From Macrostomum lignano (lineage: Eukaryota), in NCBI GenBank assembly GCA_002269645.1, contig NIVC01000572.1, forward strand, positions 482,925 through 533,220: 50,296 bases of DNA, given 5' to 3'. Position numbers and translations under genes: made by a program. Below the pieces are notes generated by a model that was not told the DNA's origin, did not search any database, and saw only the letters and a program-made list of their open reading frames with translations. Positions 23,593 to 35,350 of this stretch are shown piece by piece; positions within the stretch are counted from its first letter, which is position 1, and each line of letters starts with the position of its first letter.

Positions 23593-25296
23593 TTTGATTG
23601 GCTGCGGGTGTATGGTTAGGTTGGAGCTGTGTAGCATTGGGGAGATAACTTACGAGTATAAGGCTCAAACAGAACTCAGAACTATAATAGGCCTCTATTT
23701 TAATTTTACAGGTTATAAATTTCTATGCTGCAGGACTCTTAGTACTACTACGAGTATAATTTTTACTATTTTTAGTACAACTACGTAGTATACTGTGAAT
23801 AGTATTACTATTATTATTAGTATCCCTAAGCTGCATCACTTAACTCCTATCTTTTATTATGGTATATCTTGTATATGTGGATTTTATTCTTAAAATATAT
23901 GCTTCTCTCTCTATTTAATTGTTAATATATTCTTTTAGCATACATGCACAACACCTGGCTAAGCTGGCCTAGATAAGTGGATAGCCAAGACAGATATGTT
24001 GCAAAACTGATTAACTAAGAACAAAAATGGTACAGATAGTACATAGGACAAAAAGAATAAATGGGATTAATATATAAAGTGAGAAAAAACATGGAAAATG
24101 AAAAATGGGTCTAAAAACTATCATTCCAATGGTACAATGATGACAATTTTCTATATCTATAGATTAAGATAAGATACTCCCAATTTGGCTTATCTAATAT
24201 ATTTCTAAGCTTTATAACTTTGTATATTAATATTATATATAATAATATATATACATATATAAATGTAGATTATTATGTATTCAATGTTTTGTTTTTTGAA
24301 TTATTAAAAAAATACTCATATATTGATTTTAAGTTCGCCCTGGCTTATATGATCATATAAAAAAGCTTATTTATTGTAACAGGTAGTATTCTGTGTCTTG
24401 TCGATAACAAAGAATTGAACTTGAAGCACAGCATTCCTGGACCAAGGCTACTGCTGTCTATAGCCCAACTAAGGCAATGGCCATGCCTTTGGGCCAATAG
24501 ATGTAGGCAGGAGAAAAGTGAAGCAAGGGCCTCCACTGTCTCTCCTTTTTATTTAAAACACTGAAGAACAGGCACATAGGAATGAAAATTCTTATAAGCT
24601 ACACAAAACAAATGCAAATTATATATCAAGTTTTAGGTGCAGCCATCCTTTGCAAATATGACTATATTTTATGCAGCTTATTTTTATGACTCTCATGAAT
24701 TTAAATTTACAAATAAAAGATTTGGTAGAAAATAAATAATTAGTTTATCTTTACAAGTATAAACTACAGCCCTCATTGACTACATAGCTGCAATGATTGC
24801 ATTTATATTTTGCAAATGAGTCACAGACAATTAGCAATAGATAAAATAACTATCAACCCTTGTATGCAATAGCATTTATTAATTGAGTCTACAATGGTTT
24901 ATGTTAATTGATGATAACAAACTGATCAAACTCTAAAGTATATAAATTGGCTAGATAACAAAGTATCTTATCTTTAAAATAGATAATAAATATAGGCCTA
25001 ACTTATAAGATGACAAAGTTGTAAATATAAGAATAAGATAATACTTGTGTCTAGAAACTATTATAGCCTACTCATTGGCCTAGGCCTATTATTACTAACT
25101 TATTTACTAACAAAAGTAAATGCTAGTAACTTATTTTTAATTTACCATTTTTTCATTTTATTTAGTTTAAATTAAGTTAATTTAATTTACTTTTGTTGTT
25201 TTGTACCAAAATGTATAAATGTTAGGCCCTAGTTGCATATGATTATATAATCAAACCAGCTAATAAAGGCCACAATACAAGGATTAGGCCTAGCCA

Positions 25297-25415
25297 AGGT
25301 GTTGGATTTATAATTTAAAAGGTTCTAAGTCTAAAAAATTATATTCTTGAGCAAGAGTAGACCTAAGACATTTAACTCTATATTGCTTTAGTTCACCCAG
25401 CTATAAAATGGGTGC
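25297..25415 (+). mobile_element. Decayed copy of the CORE-SINE
   Basis: TTGAGCAAGA[12-bp insert]CATTTAACTCTATATTGCTTTAGTTCACCCAGCTATAAAATGGGTGC aligns to 35095-35151; upstream GTGTTGGATTTA corresponds to GCGTCGGACTCA. Confidence 0.75.
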
Positions 25416-25583
25416 TTTGCTTTGTCTGCTTTAGTTTACTAGTATTAGCTAGAATAATTGAATGTAGGCCTATATTTGGTTCTTGGCTATCTTCAATTAT
25501 ACCACACAATAGCTATGCCTATGGCTAAGCTGTCAATTGCATAGGCCTATGCTATACTGCATCTACCTATTGCCATTGGCTAT

Positions 25584-26053
25584 CAGGCCAGCCATAGTTA
25601 GGAAGGTGGCACAGTGTGCGCCGGAACTATTTTGATGGCTTTTGAGCACTGTGCGCCGTGCGCCGTGAAGAAGAAAAGTTTTTATGTGCCGCAGCGTGCC
25701 ATGATAAGGTAAGTCTAAGGTAAGGTACGGTAAATTTGAATTTACAGTAGACAAATTTGAATTTCATTAACGTATTTTATATCGTGATTTACGTAATTTT
25801 AGTATTCTTTGATAGTATAACATCTTATTTTACGAATTATGGAATTAGGCCTGACACTATATATTTTGCAAAGTATAACGAAGTGTAGGCCTAGGCCCTA
25901 ACTATATATTTTTTAGCGCCATGCGCCATGTGCGCCGCTAGAGCATTTTCAATTTTTCCTTGTATGCCGTGTGCACCGTGTGTGCCAAAAAAGGGCCAAT
26001 TTGCACCAGAAAATTCACCAAAAACTGCCACCTTCCCAGCTATGGCAGGCCAG
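25584..26053. mobile_element. MITE, possibly hAT-like
   Basis: TIRs GGCC(A/T)GCCATAG(T/C)T(A/G)GGAAGGTGGCA; repeated subterminal TGCGCC(G/A)TG motifs; no TSD found. Confidence 0.65.
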
Positions 26054-26245
26054 AGCACTTGTAATCAACAAAAACAATTACTTACTAAATAGTAGCCTAA
26101 TCCTAGGCTCTATTCCATAGCCCAATGCAGATTCGGATCTAGAATTTGATTTTGGGAAGCCAACCTAAGGAAAAAAACCTAAGATTAAGAATAATTACCT
26201 AAGCTAAGGTAAACCAAACTTAGCCAAGCCAACTAGTCTTTACTA

Positions 26246-26623
26246 TGTAGCGTACTTTAATAACTTTCCCGAAATTTCTTCAGATTTCTAAAAGTCAAAA
26301 ACTATTTCCAGAAACTTCTTTGAGTTAGCAGCTAATCTATAACATACGCATATAAATAGTAAATAACTATTTATTACTTAACTGTTAATATTCTAATCGT
26401 ATTTGCGTAACGTATATAATTAAGTGTTAAATCGCTTTGTTAAGATGCGCTCAATCTTTCTAGAAATTTCCGGAAGACAGTTACAAATCTATAAATATAC
26501 GGCGACGGCAGTGACACGACTCACTCTCCCCTTGTTTTCTCTTTGATCTAAGTTACGTTGGTAAATAACTAAATGAACCACCGCCTTGCTCTTATTCAAT
26601 AACAAATTAAAGAAAATTCTACA
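26246..26623 (+). repeat. 5' LTR
   Basis: Direct repeat of 27549-27926. Confidence 0.93.
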
Positions 26624-27548
26624 ATGGTCCGGTGAGGCGTCGAGCGATCTCTTTCAGAATGCGTGTGCATACGCACGCCCGTGACCGCTCATCACGCCAT
26701 CATTCGCGATCAGCACCGCCGTCGCTACCAACGCCGAAACATCATAGCACACCACTGTCTACTGTCCGCTGTCATCACTTCTCAGCGTGTCTCCCGTCGC
26801 CGTCATGTAATATAAATTTAGCTAAACCGTCGCCAACCTCCCTGTTCCCACATCTAAAAACGACACGGTATCTCGTCGGTGACCAAATAAACTACGCCTA
26901 CACGGGCTCACGAACGGCCATCCGATCGAGCCATCCGCGCAGCTACACGTATGACCTCCACGTATACGTACCAGCGACATCAACCGCAGCACCGCGCAGA
27001 CGCGACGTTAGCACTGGGTCTCATCCATCGCGAAAACTCAATTAGCAATCCACAATAAACCGGCTGGCACTACTGGCGAGTCTACACATTGCAACCTTCT
27101 ACGAGGTTCCTCGATAAGCCGGTGGTCAACCAGCTGGCCTAACCCGGACGACACCCATGAATCTTCTCGGTTCTGTTTCAGCCGCAGAGCGACTACCCGC
27201 CTTGATCCCTGGCGCCTATCCGTAGTTCGGGAGTCGTCTGTCTGCAAACCGGCAATAACCCGCAGGTCGTTCCAAACTACAGCGACAAACCGCCATCCTG
27301 GAGCAGTGCCGCAGAGACCACGGACTCCACGGACTTGTTAACCGCCATAATGTACAATCAGTCTGAACTCCTCGACCGCAGTGCGAGCCCAGCTGCCCCT
27401 ATCCGTCTCGCGGTGAACCCAGTCGTCATCTGTATTAATTTTCAGCAGCGTAATTTCAACCTGGACTTTATTCACGGTAACCCAGCAACTAATTAACATT
27501 AATTAACCGTCATACCTTAGGGACTCCGTCTCCCGTGGGGGGAACTGT

Positions 27549-27926
27549 TGTAGCGTACTTTAATAACTTTCCCGAAATTTCTTCAGATTTCTAAAAGTCA
27601 AAAACTATTTCCAGAAACTTCTTTGAGTTAGCAGCTAATCTATAACATACGCATATAAATAGTAAATAACTATTTATTACTTAACTGTTAATATTCTACT
27701 CGTATTTGCGTAACGTATATAATTAAGTGTTAAATCGCTTTGTTAAGATGCGCTCAATCTTTCTAGAAATTTCCGGAAGACAGTTACAAATCTATAAATA
27801 TACGGCGACGGCAGTGACACGACTCACTCTCCCCTTGTTTTCTCTTTGATCTAAGTTACGTTGGTAAATAACTAAATGAACCACCGCCTTGCTCTTATTC
27901 AATAATCAATTAAAGAAAATTCTACA
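27549..27926 (+). repeat. 3' LTR
   Basis: Direct repeat of 26246-26623. Confidence 0.93.
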
Positions 27927-28640
27927 ACTAGCCTAGGCCTACCTCTTCTCTTACAAATCAGCAGACCCACCAAAGTATTGTCATTTCATAGTCATAGATA
28001 GGTCATAGATCCAATATATTCCAATAATCATTGAAACAAAGCAATAGATATTTCGATTTTTAGTAAAAAGGCCTATGGAATGGAATTAATAAATAAATTA
28101 AATATTTTGACCATAAGAGATGCCTGGGAAGGTGTCATGGCCCCATGGCCATAACCCCTCTCTTATATCCGCCACTGCCATTGGCCACATATATACGTAA
28201 GGGGTAGGCCTAGGGCTAGGCATGGCGTGGCTTGGCGTAGCTTTCTTTATATGACAAAAAATTACAAAAAATAAATACAGCTTTGCTGTCAAACAACCAC
28301 CATAAATATAATCTGACAATGTTAGCTTTCGGCTAATAAACTAATTAAAGCACGCATAAAAATTGTAAATGACTTATTATTTCCTTTTAATTTTTTATTC
28401 AGTAATTAAAAAGGTTACACAATTAAAGTACTTTGTTGAAACCATTTACGCCGTTTTAAAGTCTTTTTAAACTCGGAAACCAAACTTTTGAAACTGTTTG
28501 AAACTTCTTAGAAAAAATATTTGTGCATTTTTTATTCAAATAAGCTTTGATAGGTAGTAGTGCGTTGGTTTGGTCTTAATTATGTCTTGCGAGTTGCTAA
28601 TTAGAGTATTTTTCCTATTTTACATCTTAAGATGTAAAAA

Positions 28641-28763
28641 TGACAAATTTGGTGTAATACTTTTGATTCATGCAAATGAGATTTCCTCGCGAGATTTCGC
28701 GAGAATCTGTGTGTAACTAAGATCTCATTTGCATGAATCAAAAGTATTACACCAAATTTGTCA
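28641..28763. repeat. 123-bp foldback with perfect 42-bp arms (mini-MITE-like)
   Basis: TGACAAATTTGGTGTAATACTTTTGATTCATGCAAATGAGAT and its exact reverse complement. Confidence 0.93.
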
Positions 28764-29456
28764 ATAGACCTTGGCTAAAGTTAAAATTGGAGAAAATTAA
28801 ATCTACCAACAGTTAAAACAAGCTGAGCAAATTCTTTAACAACAAGATAGACTTCTAAAGTTGTTCCTTAATGCAATGACATAAATTTCTATAATTCAAT
28901 GAGCAAAATATTGCCAAGGACAAGGACTTCAACATGACCATTGGCTTCATAAATATATATTCTAAATGCTATTAAAAGTGTGTAAATGTGTACAACTCAA
29001 AATCTAGGCCTAATAATTTAGGCAATCAATGCTATGTACATAATTCTACATTGTATTGTTTACTCAGTAACAGTCAAAAGTTCCACATGTACAAATCAGG
29101 CGTAGTTAGAGAGAAAATTTCTCATTTAAAATGCACAGTAAAAAGTGAATAAAAATATTCTTGCTTGGTTGGTAGGTGTAACTTTTGACTGTTGTTTGGT
29201 GTATATAGTTAGCTATTTAAATACAAGTATATCAAGAGTCTATTGGGGTAGGCCTATAATGGTTTATGTACTGCATAGTGCATATGCTTTATTACACTTT
29301 ATTGCATCTTTTGCTTGAGTAAAGCAGTTCACTTTAATTCAAATTTAATCCTAAGGCTAAGTGTTGTTTATTTCCTTTCCTTAACCATTAGTAAGGTTTT
29401 GTTTGAGTCTATAGGCCCCCTACGGCCTACCCTAGTTCCCAGTGAGCTCTGCGAAA

Positions 29457-29505
29457 CCCACAAACCCAAGGACACGCGCGAAGCGCGTGTCCTTGGGTTT
29501 GTGGG
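29457..29505. repeat. Perfect palindrome, 23-bp arms with a GAA loop
   Basis: CCCACAAACCCAAGGACACGCGC-GAA-GCGCGTGTCCTTGGGTTTGTGGG. Confidence 0.93.
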
Positions 29506-32500
29506 GTGAGCGGAGCAAACGCGCGAGGCACAAAGTGCCGAGCATGAGGAACAAACAGCCAGCCAATGCGCAAAGCGCATTGGGTGGTCTGGCTTGTGAC
29601 GAATATAATAATATGAGACGTGTGCATCGAAAAAATGACAAGAAAAATCTCACAAAAACTGCTGTAACTTCAAAACTACAAGTGCGAATTTCACAAGTGA
29701 GGTGTCATTTTAAAGAGAAGAATCTGATCTATTTAATGAGTATAGTTTTGTATGGATTCACTGCGGAGAAAAGGAACAGGCTTCAGTTGAAATGTTTGTC
29801 TTAAGATTATGTCTTTACAAAAGTGCATTTCCTCATGCACATTAAAACTCGAGCTAAAAATGTTCGAGGGTTATAGGTGCGCCTTACTAAGATGCATAAC
29901 ATTATTGGGTTGTTTTTTTCAATTGTATCAAAAAGTTGGCACTTTGGTTGCAAAAAATGCAAAAATTGAAAATGTACTTTTACAGTTTTTTGCATTTTTT
30001 TCTATACTGCTAATAGTTAAGCATACATACTATGCACCAATTGATGCGCAATTCAAAGATACACAAGTGTGGAAGTTTTCAATTCTTAAACATTTGAAAT
30101 CAGAAAGTTATCAACGAAAGACTAAAAATCATGATCTCAAACTGATTTGAGGAAAAGTGCTCATTATAATTTTTGGAATATGGAAGAAACAATTCAACGC
30201 CGTCATCTAATTCCAAACTAACTGTACTTTAAGGTACTGCGATGATTTTTTTATTGAAAGAGCGAAACCTGTTTAAATATTTGAAAAAATGGAAAAAAGT
30301 ACCTTTTTTCATAGAAATACACTCTTTTGACTGCTTAATCCGATTTCCAACAACAAAATAGTTGCTTTCCTGCTGGTGCAAACCGTTATTAGGGTGAATT
30401 TTCAAAATTGCATACTGTGCCAAAAGTAAACTGAAGCTTAATATTTATAAACATTAGAAACGGGACCACTAATGGGTATTTTACTTTGGTTACTTACTAT
30501 GGACTAAACTGGCACTGGCAGAGACAGATTTGAGAGAAACTAATTGCTCCATTGTATTTGTATTTGGCTCCAGCGTTACAAATTACAATAGCTATTTCGG
30601 GGTCTAACCGGCTAAGTTATCAAAAAAGCTAGATACCAATCACCAGTTTCATCATCAGCTATACCTACCACGATTTTATAGTCACATGCAACAGTAATAC
30701 CCTCCTTTAAAAGTTTTCAATATCTAAAATGATGTGTTAAATTTTATAAAATTTCATAAACAGTGAAATTTTAGCTGTTTACATGCTGGTGGTTTGAACG
30801 TAGCTACTTTGTGCGAAAATACACTGTCATTAATACCGTACCTATTATTGTATTTATTGTATTGAAAGTTGATGTGTAAATTGTACTTTTCTATTTTTTT
30901 GTCATTCGTTATCGCACTCGGGCCGGCCTGCCTGCCTTGTGGGGTGTGGTGGCCTTGGCCACTTTCTCCCCCTTCTGCTAGGATCCAAAGCAAGCTTTCA
31001 AGTGTACATTTAATATTATCGATCGATTATTTAAAACAAGCCTCTAGTGGCTGGTGTTGAGAGTGAGTGGCCTTGAGTGTATGCGAAAGCAAGAGGAAGC
31101 CCATGGGCGGACTATATGAACCTTCCTTTAGTGGAAAGTTGGGCCTTGTGCATTGGATAGTGTACGCTACACAAGACAGAAGGTAAAGAGAAAGAGAACG
31201 ACAGGCTAGCCAATAGCGATAGCATGTGCTTCTTTCTCTCCAGTCCACTATGGTAGGGGGGGGAGGGGGGTGTCAGACGGCCCAACTCTAACCCCCATAC
31301 CCAAAACAGCGTACATGTAGAATAAGAAGGGATTGGGTCCAGATAAGTCTTCCCAAATGTACATGTATGTACAAAGACAAACACAGACTCTAAATGGCTC
31401 TAAAAACCATTGTTATTGTTACACTGTATGTCTATTTTTATTAACTTGACTTTGACTTGTCTAGATCATATTAGATCTAGATGCATACCTAGGCCCTAAA
31501 ACCAAAATGGAATAGGCCTAGTTATAAATGCATATCAAAAAATTAAAGTGCATACCCTACCCATACTTTTGAATCTAGGCTGATATTGCAACAATAAATG
31601 ACCCTTTTTGGCTAATTATTTGGTTGTTTATTTATTTACGATTTATAAATATTTATTTATAGCAACAAATGAATATACATAAACATTTGTTTAAATACCT
31701 TATTGTGAACTAAAAAACTAGAAAGCTTGAAATTTATGCTTAAAAATAATCTTTTCAATCATTTTTATTTAATTCTTTTGTGTGATTTTTTTAAAATACA
31801 TACCAAGTATATATAAGCCCTACACTATTTTCTTAAGAAGTCATATATGCCAACTATGTAGGCCTAACTTTTGGCATGCAAGGCCAATACATACCTATAT
31901 TTTTGGATTCATATTAGCCTATATGATCTAGAATATGGATTTGAAGAATGACTTCAGATTTAAAAATTTATACAAAAATAGTTCTAAGGATTTTTTGGAA
32001 TTCAATAAGTTTTAAATCTGTGGGTTTTAATAGCTCATTCTTAACAGGCCCCTAAAAATGTCAATTTTTAGCTTTTTATATAGAATATTAGTAGACACAA
32101 TAGCTATCTAAAATATTAGAGTTTTAATTTAGGGACTGAGTGGTGCAAACTCAAGTTTAATTGATTCTAAATGTTTTTTTAAGTTATACTAATTATTTTA
32201 ATTAAAGTAATAGCCTTTTACTTAGCCCAACAAAACTTAAACTTAACCCTAAAATTTATCAAGCTATGAAATAGTCTGATAGGTCTAGTGTAGCAATGTA
32301 TATATAATTAAAAATGCAAAATCAGGGGCCAAAAGGCATCTGATTTTAAAATTATAAGAAAGATCTAGTTTAGTTATAGCATAAATACATAGTTTAAGCA
32401 ATATAATGCATGATTTTTGTATCTATCCTTAAAACACCATATCAAAGTTAAAACAAAAATGAAAAAGCAAATTATCTAGTTTTTTTTCTGTTTTGTCTTT

Positions 32501-33154
32501 TTTAAACCAGATGTCTTGAATATTAATTTAATATTTAATGTTTGCATAATAGTAGAACTAGAGGAGATAGGAAAAGGCAGTTGCCCCCTTCATTAGGCAA
32601 AGACCAGAAAAAATAAAGGTGGGGACCAAGCAAATTTTTGCTATAATCAAGAGCCACCCCTTCTTTCCCCATTAGAGCTTTAGGCTCTCAAATTGGCCTT
32701 TCCTCAAAAAAATTGCTTGCACTACTGTGCTTTCATTTCTATTTTTGTATTATAAAATGAGGTTAGGTATAGAGATAGGACAAATATTTAGAATTGAATC
32801 AAATTGACCAAATATTCAGTTCAATTTGGAATAGAAAAGTTGACAATCCAAATACCAAATACTAGATTTTATGTGTGACAAAGATTTGGAACAAGTCAAA
32901 AGTTGAGTATTAGTGTTGTGGCTTATAAATGAAATGAAGGGATTAGTGATAAAAAGGAGTTAGGGAATTAAGGACTAAGAAGTTTGCATTTTAAGAGATG
33001 AGAGTGTTTAGGGTTGTAAGCTTATGGCTCATAAAAAGTCTATCATCAGCAATATATTTTCAAGTTGCTATTATTTGGCTCAGCATTAATTCTGAGATGC
33101 TAGGTACCTAAATTTCAGTCTAGTCCAATTTCCCACTGCAGCCAATTTTGCATC

Positions 33155-33864
33155 ATGGGTGGCCAGTCCTCCAAGCCACAGCAGAGGGTGCTGATTGCTG
33201 TTGACGGCTCCAGCCACAGCCAGAACGCATTCGACTGGTACCGCACCAACCTGGCCACGCCAGGGGAGGATGTGATTCTCTTCCACACTGGCAGCCTGCC
33301 CAACTATCTGATGGCGCCCACTGGCATATCGGCATCCGATAGCGATGTTCAACGTGCCAACGAGAGCTTGAGAAAGCGGGTGGCCCAGCTGGAGGAGAGC
33401 ATGATGGAGCAGTGCAAGCGGCACAGCATGCAGTGCAGGTGGAAAAACTGATGGGCAGGCGTTGAGGCAGACAGACATGTAGACACTAAGATGGACAGAT
33501 AGAGATAGACAAACCGTAAGACAGACAGACAGAAAGACACTAAGACAGGCAGGCAGACAACCTTAGACAGATAGGTTGGCAGACACTAAGACAGACAGAC
33601 ACTAGGGCAGGGCAGGCTAACAGACAGTAAGACAGACAGACCCTAGGGCAGGGCAGGCTAACAGACAGTAAGACAGACAGACACTAGGGCAGGGCAGGCT
33701 AACAGACAGTAAGACAGACAGACACTAGGGCAGGCAGACACTGGGGCAGACACTAGGGCAGGCAGACACTGGGGCAGACACTAGGGCAGACAGACAGACA
33801 CTCAGACACTAGGATAGGTTGACAAACAGACAGACAGACAGACACTCAGACACTAGGATAGGTT

Positions 33865-33897
<33 letters not shown>

Positions 33898-34391
33898 GCT
33901 GGCAGACAGACACTAAGACAGGCTGGCAGGCAGACAGACACTCAGACACTACGATAGGTTGACAAACAGACAGACAGGCTGGCAGACAGACACTAGGGCA
34001 GGCTAACAGACACTAAGACAGACAGACAGACACTAGGGCAGGCTGACAGACAAACACTAGAGCAGACATGCAGAAATAGTTACAGTCTCCAACTCTACAA
34101 TATGTGCCCCACAGCGGCGCAGAGTGGCGCATTTATCGAGTAAGCCAATGAACTCAGTTGTGGGTGCGCGCGCACTGACTCTCGGCCGCCCGCAGGTGGA
34201 AGTACGCCGACTCGCTGAGCCCCGGCCCGGCCGTGGTGGACGCCTCAGCCGAGGAGAAGGCCGACCTGGTTGTCATGGGAACGCGCGGCCTCGGCACTAT
34301 TCGCCGCACAATCCTGGGCTCAGTTAGCGAGTTTGTCATCTCGCACAGCCGCAGGCCCGTGGTTGTGGTGCCCCCGCCGCCTCAGCAGTAA
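33155..34391 (+). CDS. Universal stress protein (UspA domain), paralog 1, 159 aa
   Basis: Exons 33155-33438 and 34196-34391 (phase 2, AG|G). Motifs RVLIAVDGS..S..AFDWY and DLVVMGTRGLGTIRRTILGSVSEFV.SHS..PVVVVP. Confidence 0.93.
33470..34065. repeat. AGAC/GACACTAG compound microsatellite in the USP paralog 1 intron
   Basis: Direct inspection. Confidence 0.9.
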
Positions 34392-34444
34392 CTGCGATGA
34401 CTGCAAATGCTATGATAACTATATGGGCCGCTCAGGTAGCATAG

Positions 34445-34631
34445 CAGCTTATCTTACTGTCAGTTCAGTAGCAAGGAAGGATATGTAAGCTATTTTTTAA
34501 AAGAAAATGCCAGTTGGGTTTGTAGCCAGTGCAAATAAACGAGTTCTTTTGTCTTAAAAATGATTAAATGTTTCTATTCAACGTTCTACTGAAAGTAGCT
34601 TGCACGCAAATGTGCCGAGTGGCCTATCTAG
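34445..34631. mobile_element. Internally deleted copy of the 12202-12644 MITE
   Basis: CAGTTCAGTAGCAAGGAAGG...AAGCTATTT and ACTGAAAGTAGCTTGCACGCAAATGTGCCGAGTGGCCTATCTAGTT match both ends of that element. Confidence 0.6.
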
Positions 34632-35012
34632 TTAAGTTATTACAGTATCCATGAATTGTTTGCATTGTTGCAAATTGTTCTGTAGACTTGTTATTTAGTG
34701 TTTTTAATAGCAAAAATCTCTTAATACCCACATAGCTAATTAATTTAATCGTGATCCAACAAATTCTCTGTTTCAGCAAGTTTTTTTTACTGCAAATTCG
34801 GTTTTATCATCAGCCTATTGCTCTCTATCAGATCTATTCTCACTATCTTCTGCAGGCGTGCGGCACTGGGTCGATTGATACTTTTGCTTTATCAAGATTA
34901 TTTGCCCAAGTAAATACATTTCCTATTACGCCTGGTGATTATCGAAATTACCTTTAGCTCCCAGGCAAAGTCTGAAAATATTATCTGTTTTTGCGAGTTT
35001 CTTTTAATTATA

Positions 35013-35307
35013 GGGCTGTAGCCTAGTGCTTAGAGTAGAGCGTCGGACTCAACTTGAAGGCCAGGGGTTCGATTCCCGATGCCACTTAAGCACTTTGAGC
35101 AAGACACTTAACTCTGCATTGCTTCAGTTCACCCAGCTGTAAAATGGGTGCCAGCATTAGCTGGGGAAATTGAGGGTGTGTATGACGACCCCCCAGTCCT
35201 TGGACTGAACAGCCGTACGTAGCCTTCAGATGCGCCGCGCAATAGCTGCGGCTGAGCTGTCGGTTGCACATCTGGTCATTAGTGCAGGTGTAATCAATTA
35301 TTATTTA
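35013..35307 (+). mobile_element. tRNA-derived CORE-SINE (MIR-like core)
   Basis: A box TAGCCTAGTGC at 35019, B box GGTTCGATTCCC at 35066, core TTGAGCAAGACACTTAAC...CAGCTGTAAAATGGG, AT-rich tail and TTTTAATT flanks. Absent at the paralogous site near 39915. Confidence 0.85.
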
Positions 35308-35350
35308 TTTTAATTCTGATTATGATACTTTTTCTGGGAATGTTAACTTG

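Larger units (their letters stand above)
26246..27926 (+). mobile_element. Non-autonomous LTR retroelement (TRIM/LARD-like), 1681 bp
   Basis: Two 378-bp LTRs (26246-26623 and 27549-27926) with TGTAG...CTACA termini and about 3 differences by eye. 4-bp TSD ACTA, PBS-like TGGTCCGGTGAGG at 26625, and PPT GGGGGGAAC at 27537-27545. The 925-bp interior has no gag/pol ORF. Confidence 0.92.

Noticed and set aside
26624-27548. Hammerhead ribozyme (retrozyme) or gag remnant in the LTR element
   Set aside because: No CUGANGA/GAAA core arrangement and no gag/pol motifs could be found by eye on either strand.
28120-28182. hAT-type MITE end (ATCCGCCACTG), with a similar decayed relic at about 32547-32728
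   Set aside because: Only one convincing end each and no TSD; too degraded to support.
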